From an uncultured Collinsella sp. (GTDB taxonomy: Bacteria > Actinomycetota > Coriobacteriia > Coriobacteriales > Coriobacteriaceae): DNA of 64,000 nt. A program made the position numbers and the translations under genes. This document shows, one piece after another, positions 54,149 through 64,000 of this stretch (position 1 is the stretch's first letter; each line of letters opens with the position of its first letter). The DNA is taken from NCBI GenBank assembly GCA_937937835.1, contig CALDBJ010000127.1:5562-69561 (forward strand). The letters run 5' to 3'. The notes below the pieces were generated by a model. That model was given only the letters and a program-made list of their open reading frames with translations. It had not been told where the DNA came from and made no database searches.

Positions 54149-54523
54149 TTATTTCTTCTTCTTAGCACCGATCTGACGCTTCGGGCCCTTGCGGGTACGA
54201 GCGTTAGTGTGGGTGCGCTGGCCGCGGACCGGGAGGCCCTTGCGGTGACGAAGGCCGCGGTTGCAGCCGATGTCCATAAGGCGCTTGACGTTCTGGTTGC
54301 GCTCACGGCGGAGGTCGCCCTCAACCATGATCTGGTTCTTATCGATATAATCGCGGATGGCGTTAACCTCATCCTCGGTGAGGTCCTTAACGCGTGTATC
54401 CACGTTAACGTTGCACTCGACGCAAATCTTCGTCGCAGTGGTGCGGCCGATGCCGTAAATGTAGGTCAGACCGATCTCAACGCGCTTCTCACGCGGGAGG
54501 TCGACACCATTAATACGGGCCAA
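54149..54523 (-). CDS. rpsM: 30S ribosomal protein S13
   Basis: [27 protein letters not shown] start. Confidence 0.98.
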   Translation of the reverse strand: MARINGVDLPREKRVEIGLTYIYGIGRTTATKICVECNVNVDTRVKDLTEDEVNAIRDYIDKNQIMVEGDLRRERNQNVKRLMDIGCNRGLRHRKGLPVRGQRTHTNARTRKGPKRQIGAKKKK

Positions 54524-54537
54524 CGTAGTCTCCTCTC

Positions 54538-54651
54538 TTAACCCTGACGCTGCTTATGACGGGGGTTCTCGCAAATGACGAGGACCTTGCCATGGCGCCT
54601 AATGATTTTGCACTTATCGCACATCTTCTTGACCGAAGGACGTACCTTCAT
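54538..54651 (-). CDS. rpmJ: 50S ribosomal protein L36 (absent from the ORF track)
   Basis: [37 protein letters not shown]. Confidence 0.97.
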   Translation of the reverse strand: MKVRPSVKKMCDKCKIIRRHGKVLVICENPRHKQRQG

Positions 54652-54801
54652 CGTTCTTCCTTTCGGTAGCGCTCAAACTACTTCCCTACTATCTACTCGC
54701 CCAGCCGCAGGCGTTTAAAACTATGGCTGGTCTTCACACACAATCCGACCGTAGGTTGAGCTAAGCCTGCAGTCGGAAATGGAGTGCGTGTATGCGTGCC
54801 G

Positions 54802-55020
54802 CTATTTGTAGCGATAGGTGATGCGGCCGCGGGTCAGGTCGTACGGGGAAAGCTCCACGACAACCCTGTCACCGGGGAGAATACGGATGTAATTCATTCG
54901 GATCTTGCCAGAAATGTTGCACAGAACCGAATGACCGTTCTCGAGCTCGACCTTAAACATGGCGTTGGGCAACGGTTCCTTTACCGTACCCTCGAGCTCA
55001 ATTGCGTCTTCCTTCTTCAC
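54802..55020 (-). CDS. infA: Translation initiation factor IF-1
   Basis: [32 protein letters not shown]; probable GTG start. Confidence 0.96.
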   Translation of the reverse strand: MKKEDAIELEGTVKEPLPNAMFKVELENGHSVLCNISGKIRMNYIRILPGDRVVVELSPYDLTRGRITYRYK

Positions 55021-55132
55021 AAGCAATCATCTTTCTCTAGAAAACGACAGCGATTGAGTATTCTACAACACGTATGCACGCATCGTAATAACTTCGTAAT
55101 GGCTCCACAACTAAGTGGAACTTGTTACATTT

Positions 55133-55261
55133 GAAATGTAAAACAAAGCCGTTCTCTGATGCCCAAGATCGCCTTGAAATGAGAAGGCATAGACCTTGGG
55201 GTCATGCCTTCGAAATTGAAAGGCGAGGTTGGGCGTCAGGGGGCGGCGACTTTTACATTTC
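55133..55261 (+). other. Long imperfect hairpin between infA and map
   Basis: Nested inverted arms over about 129 bp; mismatches read as G.T/U pairs on the + strand. Confidence 0.7.
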
Positions 55262-56041
55262 TCCGCCTTGGAGCGAACACCAAGCACCTTGGGCATCCGT
55301 GGTGAGAATCACCGGACCGTCATTGGTAATGGCGACGGTGTTCTCATAGTGCGCGGCGGGCAGGTGGTCGTTGGTCGTAACAATCCAACCGTCGGAGCCC
55401 GTGCTTACATGGTTGGAACCCATCGTAACCATCGGCTCGATGGCAATGACCATGCCGGCCTGGAGGCGAACGCCCCTCCCCTTCTTTCCATAGTTAGGAA
55501 CGTTGGGGTCCTCGTGCATCACGCGGCCAATTCCATGGCCAACATAATCACGAAGCACGCCGTAACCGTGAGACTCGGCGAGGGACTGAACGGCATAACC
55601 GACGTCCCCGATATGGTTACCGGGAACAGCCTGCTCGATGGCAGCCTTAAGGCAATCGCGCGTGACCTCACACAAAGCCTTGGCTTCGGGCGTGGGGGTG
55701 CCGACGAAAAACGTCCATGCGTTATCGCCGACCCAACCGTCGACAACGGCTCCCGTATCGATGGAGATGATATCGCCATCGCGCAGGATCATGTCAGGGT
55801 TGGGAATACCGTGGACCACGGCATCGTTGATCGATGCGCAAATGGTCCCCGGGAACCCGCCGTAACCCTTAAAGGCAGGGGTGCCGCCATGCATACGGAT
55901 AATCTGCTCCGCGAGCTGATCGAGCTCAAAAGTCGAAACGCCGGGGCGCACCATGGCTCCAACGTGGCGGAGCGCCATCTTAGATAGCGCTCCTGCCTTC
56001 TTCATCTGCTCGATTTGCGTTGCAGACTTAATCTTGATCAT
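55253..56041 (-). CDS. map: Methionine aminopeptidase type I
   Basis: VHGIP, DTG, GD, GHGIG..MHEDP, IEPM, AHYENT. Confidence 0.96.
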   Translation of the reverse strand: MIKIKSATQIEQMKKAGALSKMALRHVGAMVRPGVSTFELDQLAEQIIRMHGGTPAFKGYGGFPGTICASINDAVVHGIPNPDMILRDGDIISIDTGAVVDGWVGDNAWTFFVGTPTPEAKALCEVTRDCLKAAIEQAVPGNHIGDVGYAVQSLAESHGYGVLRDYVGHGIGRVMHEDPNVPNYGKKGRGVRLQAGMVIAIEPMVTMGSNHVSTGSDGWIVTTNDHLPAAHYENTVAITNDGPVILTTDAQGAWCSLQGGEM

Positions 56042-56664
56042 AGACCGAGAGCCTCTTTGACATCCCCGTACACGGTCTCGCGAGCCTGGTCACCGTTGAC
56101 CGACTTGAGCAGACCCTGGCCACGATAGTAGTCGACGAGCGGGCTCGTGGACTTCTCGTAGACGTCGAGACGGTTCTTGATGGTCTCGGGCTTGTCGTCG
56201 TCGCGCTGATACATCTCGCCACCGCACTTGGGGCAGGTGGCATCGGCAGCAGTGCCGGTGTAACCGCAGGCGCGGCAGGTGCGACGCGAAGACAGACGAT
56301 CGATAATGACCTCGGGGGCCACATCGACCAGAAGGGCGCAATCGATCTCGCGACCCATGGCGGAGAGCTCGGAATCGAGCGTCACAGCCTGGGCGGTGTT
56401 GCGCGGGAAGCCGTCGAGGATGAAGCCCTGCTGGGCGTCATCGGCGGCAAGGCGCTCCTTGACAAGGTCGATCACGAGCTGGTCGGGAACGAGCTCGCCA
56501 GCGTCCATGTACTTCTTAGCCTGAATACCAAGCTCGGTGCCACCCTTGACGGCAGCACGCAGCAGGTCGCCCGTGGAAATATGGGCGACGCCAAACTCGG
56601 CGACGAGCTCCTGTGCGACGGTGCCCTTACCGGCACCCGGAGCTCCGAGCAATACGAGGTTCAT
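56038..56664 (-). CDS. adk: Adenylate kinase
   Basis: GAPGAGKGT, HISTGDLLR, LDGFPR and a Zn-lid CxxC pair. Confidence 0.97.
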   Translation of the reverse strand: MNLVLLGAPGAGKGTVAQELVAEFGVAHISTGDLLRAAVKGGTELGIQAKKYMDAGELVPDQLVIDLVKERLAADDAQQGFILDGFPRNTAQAVTLDSELSAMGREIDCALLVDVAPEVIIDRLSSRRTCRACGYTGTAADATCPKCGGEMYQRDDDKPETIKNRLDVYEKSTSPLVDYYRGQGLLKSVNGDQARETVYGDVKEALGL

Positions 56665-56682
56665 GAGCAATCCTCCTCTAGC

Positions 56683-57969
56683 CTATTTAAAGAATCCATC
56701 GTAATCATACATCTTGATCTGGCCTTCGAGCTTATCGACCGTGTCGAGCACGACGCCGACCATGATGAGGATGGACGTGCCGCCAAATGCCTGGATCAGA
56801 TGGTTACCCGTGAAGGAGAAGATGATCGAAGGCACGATGGCGATGAGCGCCAAAAAGACAGCGCTAGGAAGCGTGATCTTGTTGAGCGCGTTCTTGATGT
56901 AGGCCGCGGTAGCCCTACCCGGACGCACGCCCGGAATAAAGCCGCCCTGCTTCTTAAGGTTATCGGCCGTGTCATCGGGGTTGAACACCATGGAGGTGTA
57001 GAAGTACGCGAAGAACACGATGAGGACAACGTTAAGCACCCAGTTGAGCCAACCGGTCGAAAGCGCGGAGGCAACTGCCTGAATCCAGCCGATGCCGGGG
57101 AAGAACACGGCAATCTGAGCGGGGAAGTACAGCAGCGCCGAAGCGAAGATGATCGGCACGACACCCGCGGTGTTGACCTTGATGGGCAGGTAGGTGGTCT
57201 GGCCACCCATCATGCGACGGCCCACGACGCGTTTGGCGTAGGAGACCGGGATGCGGCGCTGGCCGCGCTCAAGGAAAACAATCAGCGGGATAACCAGCAA
57301 AATGATGGCGCAGATGATCACCATGGTGATGATGCCACCGGCATTGCCCTCGGTGCTGGAGAAGATAGCCTGCGGCAGGCCGGCCATGATGTTCGCAAAG
57401 ATGATCAGCGACATGCCATTGCCGATACCGCGCTGGGTGATGAGCTCACCAATCCACATGATCAGCATGGCGCCCGCAGTGAGCGTGCCGACGATCATGA
57501 GGTCGAAGATGATCTCGGGAGCGCCGGCGCCATTGAAGCTGATGCCGAAGCTCTTAAAGAGGAAGAGGTAACCCACGGAGTTGAGGATTGCCAGAGCCAG
57601 GGTGAGGTAACGCGAATACTGCGTGATCTTGGTCTGACCGACCTCGCCCTCGCGGGCAAGCTCATGCAGGGAAGGCACAACGGCCTGGAGCATCTGGAGG
57701 ATGATCGAGCTGGTGATGTAAGGCATGATGCCCAGCGAAAACACCGACACATAGCTCAACGCGCCGCCAGAGAAAAGATTCAGGAGGGCCATAGCACCTG
57801 CGGCGACCGAATTGTTATCGGTCGAGAAAAGGCCCAGCATCCCCTGGAAGGGAATGCCGGGCACAGGAACGTGCGCACCAATGCGGTACACGACGAGCAT
57901 AGCTATGGTAAAAAGAATCTTTTCGCGCAATTCTTTGATGCGGAAAGCATTCTTAAGACCATTTAGCAC
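56683..57969 (-). CDS. secY: Preprotein translocase SecY
   Basis: [34 protein letters not shown]. Confidence 0.98.
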   Translation of the reverse strand: MLNGLKNAFRIKELREKILFTIAMLVVYRIGAHVPVPGIPFQGMLGLFSTDNNSVAAGAMALLNLFSGGALSYVSVFSLGIMPYITSSIILQMLQAVVPSLHELAREGEVGQTKITQYSRYLTLALAILNSVGYLFLFKSFGISFNGAGAPEIIFDLMIVGTLTAGAMLIMWIGELITQRGIGNGMSLIIFANIMAGLPQAIFSSTEGNAGGIITMVIICAIILLVIPLIVFLERGQRRIPVSYAKRVVGRRMMGGQTTYLPIKVNTAGVVPIIFASALLYFPAQIAVFFPGIGWIQAVASALSTGWLNWVLNVVLIVFFAYFYTSMVFNPDDTADNLKKQGGFIPGVRPGRATAAYIKNALNKITLPSAVFLALIAIVPSIIFSFTGNHLIQAFGGTSILIMVGVVLDTVDKLEGQIKMYDYDGFFK

Positions 57970-58412
57970 GGCAGCTCGACCTTTCCGCCGGCGGCCTCGA
58001 TCTTGGCCTGCGCAGAAGCGCTGACCTTGTCGACCTTGACCGTGAACTTCTTGGTGAGCTCACCATTGCCGAGCACCTTGACGGGCTCGAACTCGCTCTT
58101 GGTGATGCGAGCGGCCTTAAGAGCGGCACCGTCGATCACAGCGCCGTCCTCGAACTTACGCTCGAGACGCTCAACGTTAACGGCGGTGTACTCGACACGA
58201 CGGGGGTTGCGGAAGCCCGGAAGCTTGGGCAGGCGCATAGCCAGCGGAGTCTGGCCACCCTCGAAGCCGGCACCCTTGGTGCCGCCAGAGCGGGAACCCT
58301 GGCCCTTCTGGCCGCGGCCAGAAGTGGTGCCGTGACCCGAAGAATTGCCACGGCCGACGCGCTTACGGTTCTTGGTGGAACCGGGCGCGGGAGTAAGATC
58401 GTGAAGCTGCAT
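57963..58412 (-). CDS. rplO: 50S ribosomal protein L15
   Basis: [21 protein letters not shown]. Confidence 0.97.
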   Translation of the reverse strand: MQLHDLTPAPGSTKNRKRVGRGNSSGHGTTSGRGQKGQGSRSGGTKGAGFEGGQTPLAMRLPKLPGFRNPRRVEYTAVNVERLERKFEDGAVIDGAALKAARITKSEFEPVKVLGNGELTKKFTVKVDKVSASAQAKIEAAGGKVELPC

Positions 58413-58415
58413 TTG

Positions 58416-58598
58416 CTACTCCTCTACAATCTCGACAAGGTGCTTGACCTTGAAGATCATGCCGCGGACGGACTCGTTGTCAGCAATCTCGCGAACCTCG
58501 CGGATCCTGTGGAGACCGAGGGCACGGACAGTACGGACCTGGTCCTGCTTGCAACCATTGGTGCTGCGGACCTGCTTGATCTTGATGGTGTCAGCCAT
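58416..58598 (-). CDS. rpmD: 50S ribosomal protein L30
   Basis: 60 aa with GMIFKVKHLV; canonical operon position. Confidence 0.95.
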   Translation of the reverse strand: MADTIKIKQVRSTNGCKQDQVRTVRALGLHRIREVREIADNESVRGMIFKVKHLVEIVEE

Positions 58599-58600
58599 GC

Positions 58601-59125
58601 TTAGTTCTCCTTACCGACGAACATCTCGGAGACCGTCAGGCCACGGCGAGCCGCGACGTCCTCAGGGCTGGAGAGCTCCTTGAGGCCCTCGACGGCAGCC
58701 TTGATGATGTTGAGGCCGTTGTCGGTACCGAGGGACTTGGACAGGACGTTCTTGATGCCAGCAAGCTCAAAGAGGGGACGCACAGCGCCGCCGGCGATAA
58801 CGCCGGTACCCTCGACAGCGGGCTTGATGATGATGCGGCCGGCACCAAAGTGGCCGAGAACCTCGTGCGGGATGGTGCCCTGCTCGGTCACCGGCACGTG
58901 GAACATGTTCTTCTTGGCATCGAGAGACGCCTTGGAGATGGCCATGGGCACCTCAGCGGACTTGCCCATGCCAACGCCGACGTTGCCCTTGCCGTCGCCA
59001 ACGACGACGAGAGCGACGAGGCTCATGCGACGACCACCCTTGACGGTCTTCGACACGCGGTTGATGTAAACGACGCGCTCCTCGAACTCGGAGGCCTCGC
59101 GCTGCTGCTTCTGATTACGAGCCAT
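58601..59125 (-). CDS. rpsE: 30S ribosomal protein S5
   Basis: [18 protein letters not shown]. Confidence 0.97.
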   Translation of the reverse strand: MARNQKQQREASEFEERVVYINRVSKTVKGGRRMSLVALVVVGDGKGNVGVGMGKSAEVPMAISKASLDAKKNMFHVPVTEQGTIPHEVLGHFGAGRIIIKPAVEGTGVIAGGAVRPLFELAGIKNVLSKSLGTDNGLNIIKAAVEGLKELSSPEDVAARRGLTVSEMFVGKEN

Positions 59126-59139
59126 GTGCTACATACCTC

Positions 59140-59508
59140 CTAGAACTCGAGACCGGCGGCACGAGCACCGTCGGCGAGGGCCTTGACGCGGCCATGGTAG
59201 ATACGGCCACCGCGATCGAAGGCGACCTTGGTGATGCCGGCCTCGATGGCGCGCTTGCCAACGAGCTGACCGACCTTCTCCGCAGCCTCCTTGTTCGAGG
59301 TGTGGGTGCCCTTGAACTCGGCCTCGAGGGTCGAGGCAGAGACGAGCGTCAGGCTGGAGCCCTTGCTGTCGTCGATGATCTGGGCATAGATGTTGGCGTT
59401 AGTACGGGTCACGCGAAGACGCGGACGCTCGGAGGTACCCGAGACCTTGCCGCGAACACGACGCTGACGACGCTTGAGGCCTTCCAGCTTCGCCTTATGC
59501 TTGTTCAT
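59140..59508 (-). CDS. rplR: 50S ribosomal protein L18
   Basis: RPRLRV, FDRGG..YHGRV. Confidence 0.97.
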   Translation of the reverse strand: MNKHKAKLEGLKRRQRRVRGKVSGTSERPRLRVTRTNANIYAQIIDDSKGSSLTLVSASTLEAEFKGTHTSNKEAAEKVGQLVGKRAIEAGITKVAFDRGGRIYHGRVKALADGARAAGLEF

Positions 59509-59583
59509 ACGTAAACTCCTAAAAAGGTTGATCTTGCCAGCACCTGACGGGGTGCTGGTCTTATGCGAGTGAGTCGGTTACGA

Positions 59584-60120
59584 CTACTTGGCGGCCTTAC
59601 CCAGCTTGCGGCGGATGTGCTCGCCAACGTAGTGGATACCCTTGCCCTTGTAAGGCTCGGGAGGACGATGGCCGCGGATCTCAGCGGCAATCTGACCGAC
59701 CTGCTGCTTGTTGATACCCTTGACGTTCACGTGGGTGTTGTCGGGAACCTCGAAGGTGATGCCCTCGGGAGCCTCGACGATCACGGGGTGCGAGAAGCCC
59801 AGGGAGAACTCGAGGTTCTTGCCCTTCTGCTGCACGCGGTAACCGACGCCGGCGAGCTCGAGCTTCTTCTCGAAGCCCTCGGAAACGCCAACAACCATGT
59901 TGTGGATGAGGGCGCGGGTGAGGCCGTGGCGGGCACGGGTCTCACGCTCGTCGTCGGGACGGGAAACGGTGAGGACGTTGTCCTCGACGTTGATAGCGAG
60001 CTTCTCAAAGACATCGAGCTCGAGCTGGCCCTTGGGGCCCTTGACGACAACGTTGTTGCCGTTGACTGCCACTTCGACTCCGGCGGGAATCTGGACAGGC
60101 TTATTACCGATACGAGACAC
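59584..60120 (-). CDS. rplF: 50S ribosomal protein L6
   Basis: [16 protein letters not shown]. Confidence 0.97.
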   Translation of the reverse strand: MSRIGNKPVQIPAGVEVAVNGNNVVVKGPKGQLELDVFEKLAINVEDNVLTVSRPDDERETRARHGLTRALIHNMVVGVSEGFEKKLELAGVGYRVQQKGKNLEFSLGFSHPVIVEAPEGITFEVPDNTHVNVKGINKQQVGQIAAEIRGHRPPEPYKGKGIHYVGEHIRRKLGKAAK

Positions 60121-60153
60121 GGTGATCTCCTTTCCTTCTACCTACCGAGCGAA

Positions 60154-60552
60154 TTACCAGACGTAAGCGATGATCTCGCCGCCGACGTTGTGCTTGCGAG
60201 CATCGCGGTCGGTCATGACGCCATGGCTGGTGGAAATAATGGCGGTACCAAGGCCACCGCGGACGCGGGGCATGTCGGCAACGCCGGTGTACTTACGCAG
60301 GCCCGGCTTGGAAATGCGGCGGATGCCGTTGATGACCTTAGCCTTCTTGGGACCATACTTAAGCGTGATGTGCAGAGTCTTCTGGGGAACGGTGTCCTCG
60401 ACATCGTAGCCCTCGATGTAGCCCTCCTCGTGCAGAACACGAGCGATCTCGACGAGCTTCTTGCTGCTCGGCATGGAGACCGTGGCCTTGTTCACAGAGT
60501 TAGCGTTACGGATGCGCGTAAGCATATCTGCGATCGGGTCTGTAAGGTTCAT
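60154..60552 (-). CDS. rpsH: 30S ribosomal protein S8
   Basis: [28 protein letters not shown]. Confidence 0.98.
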   Translation of the reverse strand: MNLTDPIADMLTRIRNANSVNKATVSMPSSKKLVEIARVLHEEGYIEGYDVEDTVPQKTLHITLKYGPKKAKVINGIRRISKPGLRKYTGVADMPRVRGGLGTAIISTSHGVMTDRDARKHNVGGEIIAYVW

Positions 60553-60671
60553 ACAGATTCTCCTTCGTTCTTGATGAACACGTGCTCTTGGTTCTTCGCC
60601 GCCCTTAACGGCAAAGCCTTTTTAGCGCGTTTTCCCTGTTCCAAACTGATGCTTGAAACGCTGGTAGTGAC

Positions 60672-60857
60672 TTACCAGCTGGCCTTCTTAACGCCGGGAA
60701 GCTCGCCCTTGAGTGCAAGCTCGCGGAAGCAGACACGGCACAGGCCGAACTTGCGGTACACAGAGTGCGGACGGCCGCAGCGCTGGCAGCGCGTGTACTC
60801 ACGAGTAGAGAACTTCTGCTTGCGATTGCACTTGACGATCATCGATGTCTTAGCCAC
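60672..60857 (-). CDS. rpsN: 30S ribosomal protein S14, type Z
   Basis: 61 aa; [20 protein letters not shown]. Confidence 0.97.
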   Translation of the reverse strand: MAKTSMIVKCNRKQKFSTREYTRCQRCGRPHSVYRKFGLCRVCFRELALKGELPGVKKASW

Positions 60858-60936
60858 TTATATCCTCCTCACATAGAGTATTGTTCGCCCCAAGCGCCGC
60901 CCCCTTGTGGGAACGGCGCTTATAGGGCAGGTGAAC

Positions 60937-61494
60937 CTATTTCTTGAACGGGAAACCGAAGGCGTCCAGAAGGGCCTTGGCCTCCTCATCGGTGTTGGCG
61001 GTGGTCACGAAAGTGATGTCCATACCACGCTGGTGATCGACGGAATCGAAGTCGATCTCGGGGAAGATGAGCTGCTCGGTGACGCCCATGGAGAAGTTAC
61101 CACGGCCGTCGAAGCTCTTGGCGGAAATGCCGCGGAAGTCGCGGATACGGGGGATCGCGACGGAGGTCAGACGATCGAAGAACTCCCACATACGGTCGCC
61201 ACGCAGGGTAACCTTGCAGCCGATCGCCATACCAGCGCGCAGGCGGAAGGTAGCGATGGACTTACGGGCACGGGTGATCATCGGCTGCTGTCCGGTGATG
61301 GCGCGCAGGTCGCGCACGGCACCGTCGATGGCCTTGGAATCGGTAGCGGCCTCGCCGACACCCATGTTCACGACGATCTTCTCAAACTTGGGGATCATCA
61401 TGACGTTCTCGTACTGGAACTTGTCCTGAAGCTGCTGCTTGACCTCGTTGTTGTACTTGGTCTTCAGACGCGGCACATACTTCTCTTCTGCCAT
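60937..61494 (-). CDS. rplE: 50S ribosomal protein L5
   Basis: [27 protein letters not shown]. Confidence 0.98.
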   Translation of the reverse strand: MAEEKYVPRLKTKYNNEVKQQLQDKFQYENVMMIPKFEKIVVNMGVGEAATDSKAIDGAVRDLRAITGQQPMITRARKSIATFRLRAGMAIGCKVTLRGDRMWEFFDRLTSVAIPRIRDFRGISAKSFDGRGNFSMGVTEQLIFPEIDFDSVDHQRGMDITFVTTANTDEEAKALLDAFGFPFKK

Positions 61495-61721
61495 TGTTCA
61501 CTCCTTCTTGGGGTTTTAAGCACGGGGCGTGGCCACGATGGGTTGTCCTCGTGCCTCCTGGCTGCATCCGCGCCGCTCATGGCATTTTGCGGTTTGGACT
61601 CGACGCAGCAGGAGCCGACAAAACAATCGGTACTATACGCGCATCGTGAGCGTATTTCCAGAAAAACCTCGTCTGCCTGCACAACTCCACAACTCCCCCG
61701 CACAAATGGGTCCCAAAAAGC

Positions 61722-61788
61722 AGTTGCGGTGAAATAGGGACTGTTTGGCGGCCTAACAGGCTTAAACAGTCCGTATTTCACCGCAACT
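61722..61788. repeat. Family B hairpin repeat (67 bp)
   Basis: AGTTGCGGTGAAATAGGGACTG...CAGTCCGTATTTCACCGCAACT. Confidence 0.92.
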
Positions 61789-61805
61789 TATTGGTGGGGA
61801 TGCGA

Positions 61806-62849
61806 TTAGCGCTTGCGGGGGACGAGTTTGGTGCGGCGCAGGTGGATCATCTCGGCGGCGATGGAGATGGCGATCTCCTCGGGGTCCTCGGCCTCGATGG
61901 CAACGCCGATCGGAAGGTGCAGCTCGTCGATCTGGTCCTGTGTAAAGCCTTCCTGCTCCAGGCGGGCACGCACAAAGGCCGTCTTGCGACGCGAACCCAG
62001 ACAGCCCAGGTAGGCAGGCTTGGCACGCATGGCCTGAATCACCACGTCGATATCGGACTTGTGGCCTGCTGTGGCCACGACCACCAAGTCGCGCGGGCCG
62101 ATGGGGCACTGCTTGCTCAGGTTCTTGTAGTCGACCAGACGACGGTCGTAGACACCGGGCACCCAATCGGGGGTCAGCGTGCCGGGACGGTCGTCGCACG
62201 TCACGACGGCAAAGCCCGCCGCCGTGAGCACCCGCGCCGTCGCGGCGCCCACGTGGCCGCAGCCAAAGATGTAGGTCAGGCCCTCGGGGCAGAGCGTCTC
62301 GATGTGCGCCGCGGTAATCTCAGAGGCCGCGTTGGTGTAGGTGACCTTACTCCCCTCCTCCACCAGCGAAAGCCCGGGGCAGCCGGCAATGGTATGGCGC
62401 GATGCCTCGCCATGGTACTCGGCCACATCGCCCTCGAGCGCGCTCGCGATAAACGGCTCAAAGTCGATGACGAAGTCGCCGATGCGCCGATAGACCAAGA
62501 CGTCGGCAATTTCCTGAAACAACGGTGTCTGGGTCGCATCCAGATGCAGATAGCACAGGCAGATGGCTCCGCCGCAGATCATGCCGGTATCGGAGTTCTC
62601 GCCGCCCATGGTGTAGCGGACCAGACGCGATTGCCCCGCGGCCAGCAGCTCTCGCGCCTCGTCCAGCGCAAAGAGCTCGATCTTGCCGCCGCCGATGGTG
62701 CCCGCCTGGCTGCCGTCGGCAAAGACGACCATCCAGGCGCCCACGCCGCGCGGCGACGACCCCGCCGTGCCGGCCACGACCACGAGCTCGCACGTCTCGC
62801 CAGCACGCAGGGCGACAAGCGCCGCATTCACAACATCGAGCTTTTCCAT
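61806..62849 (-). CDS. XdhC/CoxI family molybdoenzyme maturation factor
   Basis: GSSPR..GA, GTIGGG, GMICGG, FGCGHV, YLGCLGSRRK, PIG, PEEIAISIAAE. Confidence 0.92.
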   Translation of the reverse strand: MEKLDVVNAALVALRAGETCELVVVAGTAGSSPRGVGAWMVVFADGSQAGTIGGGKIELFALDEARELLAAGQSRLVRYTMGGENSDTGMICGGAICLCYLHLDATQTPLFQEIADVLVYRRIGDFVIDFEPFIASALEGDVAEYHGEASRHTIAGCPGLSLVEEGSKVTYTNAASEITAAHIETLCPEGLTYIFGCGHVGAATARVLTAAGFAVVTCDDRPGTLTPDWVPGVYDRRLVDYKNLSKQCPIGPRDLVVVATAGHKSDIDVVIQAMRAKPAYLGCLGSRRKTAFVRARLEQEGFTQDQIDELHLPIGVAIEAEDPEEIAISIAAEMIHLRRTKLVPRKR

Positions 62850-62858
62850 TGCCGCCTT

Positions 62859-63653
62859 CTATCCTCTAAAGATATCGGTGAGCATAGCGAGTGCCTCGAG
62901 CACGCCGCCGCCGACCGACGTCGCCTTGTCCGAAATGTAGTTGATATAGCTGGCATCGCCGCGCGGATCGGCATCGGCGCATTTAAAGCCCTCGGTCACC
63001 TGCACGCCGTTCGCCAAAAGCCCGCGCAGACAGCCATCGATCTGCGTGCGCATGGGCGTATCGCCCGCGTAGCCAATCACGTCTCCGGCGCGCACGATGT
63101 CGCCGATTGCGCGGTCGGACCGAAACACGCCGGCGGCGGGGCTGTGGATTACGCGCTCCTTGCCATAGCCGGCGATAATGCCCGGCACGCCCGTGTTGGG
63201 CTGGGGCGAACCTTGGGTAATGACACGGCCCAAGAAATGCCCGCGCATGGTCTCGACCACGGCGTCGCAGTCAACCGGCGCGGTAAAGCCCGGCCCCACG
63301 GCGATGACGGCAGGCGCCATGTCGCGCGTGGTACCCAGGTTGCGCTTGGCCAAAATCGCGTCGACCACGGCAGCGGGTTTAAGCTCATCGAGCATCTTGG
63401 CCTGGGGGTCTACCACGACGGCGACGTCTCCGGCCTCGGTAATTGCAAGCGCCTCTGCCGGCGTCTGCGCCAAGCGAGCGCGAATGCCCTCGACCTGGAC
63501 CTCGCCCAGGCGAATGGCCTCGCAAAAACTGATTGTGCGGCGGATGCACGTGGGAACCGCGATATCGGCCATAACGACCGACACGCCGGCGCGCACCAAA
63601 CGGGCGGCGACGCCCGTGGCGATATCGCCGGCGCCGCGAACATAAACGAGCAT
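62859..63653 (-). CDS. yqeB: Selenium-dependent molybdenum hydroxylase system protein YqeB
   Basis: VRGAGDIATG, IRRTISF, DAILAKRNLGT, ETMRGH.LGR, DPRG, ISDK. Confidence 0.9.
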   Translation of the reverse strand: MLVYVRGAGDIATGVAARLVRAGVSVVMADIAVPTCIRRTISFCEAIRLGEVQVEGIRARLAQTPAEALAITEAGDVAVVVDPQAKMLDELKPAAVVDAILAKRNLGTTRDMAPAVIAVGPGFTAPVDCDAVVETMRGHFLGRVITQGSPQPNTGVPGIIAGYGKERVIHSPAAGVFRSDRAIGDIVRAGDVIGYAGDTPMRTQIDGCLRGLLANGVQVTEGFKCADADPRGDASYINYISDKATSVGGGVLEALAMLTDIFRG

Positions 63654-63755
63654 TCCCGGGGCACCTCCCTGTGCTACGGTTTGAGCAGAGCAAAAGCGGT
63701 TCGACCGCTACTCTGATGATTATTTATTATCACAGTATTATACGGCGGTGAACAG

Positions 63756-64000
63756 ATGGAAACGGTTAGCGGCAATCTTGCCTCGGCGCTCAGGATCGAG
63801 CCGGGCATTACCGCGATTATCGGCAGCGGCGGCAAGTCGACGTTGCTCAAAACGCTGGGTCTTGAGCTCATGCGCGCTGGCGGCCGCGTGCTCCTCTGCA
63901 CCACCACGCATATGCTTCCCGTTGCCGGCGTGCCATGGGACGGGTCGAATCGTCGCCTGGACGCCGCGCCTTGGAAGCCGGGCGCCTCGCATGTCCCCGG
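63756..64000 (+). CDS. yqeC: Selenium cofactor biosynthesis protein YqeC, 5' part (runs off the window)
   Basis: METVSGNLASALRIEPGITAIIGSGGKSTLL...VLLCTTTHM; divergent from yqeB. Confidence 0.8.
   Translation, partial: METVSGNLASALRIEPGITAIIGSGGKSTLLKTLGLELMRAGGRVLLCTTTHMLPVAGVPWDGSNRRLDAAPWKPGASHVP

Overview
GC-rich chromosomal window from a Coriobacteriia-type actinobacterium (Collinsella-like; inferred from composition and gene content). It is mostly housekeeping: copA-copZ-csoR, gltBD, gpmA, an Nramp transporter, smpB, tRNA-Glu/Gln, rnr, ftsEX, split transketolase, prfB, secA, rpmE, citrate synthase, ade, tyrS, a class A PBP, argR, truA, and the alpha/spc ribosomal block from rplQ to rplE. 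Upstream of rplE the block is interrupted by xdhC/yqeB/yqeC selenium-molybdenum genes. The most unusual content is intergenic: at least five families of dispersed hairpin repeats. Family A (17-bp arm, 25-bp variable loop, 17-bp inverted arm, ~21-bp linker, 79-80-bp period; 12 units at 5 loci) tightly brackets a gene for an AbiEi-like/Vsr(DUF559)-like nuclease at 6389-7432. This suggests an undescribed nuclease-plus-repeat system, either REP/RAYT-like or guide-array-like. All calls were made by eye from the sequence and ORF track; no database searches were run.
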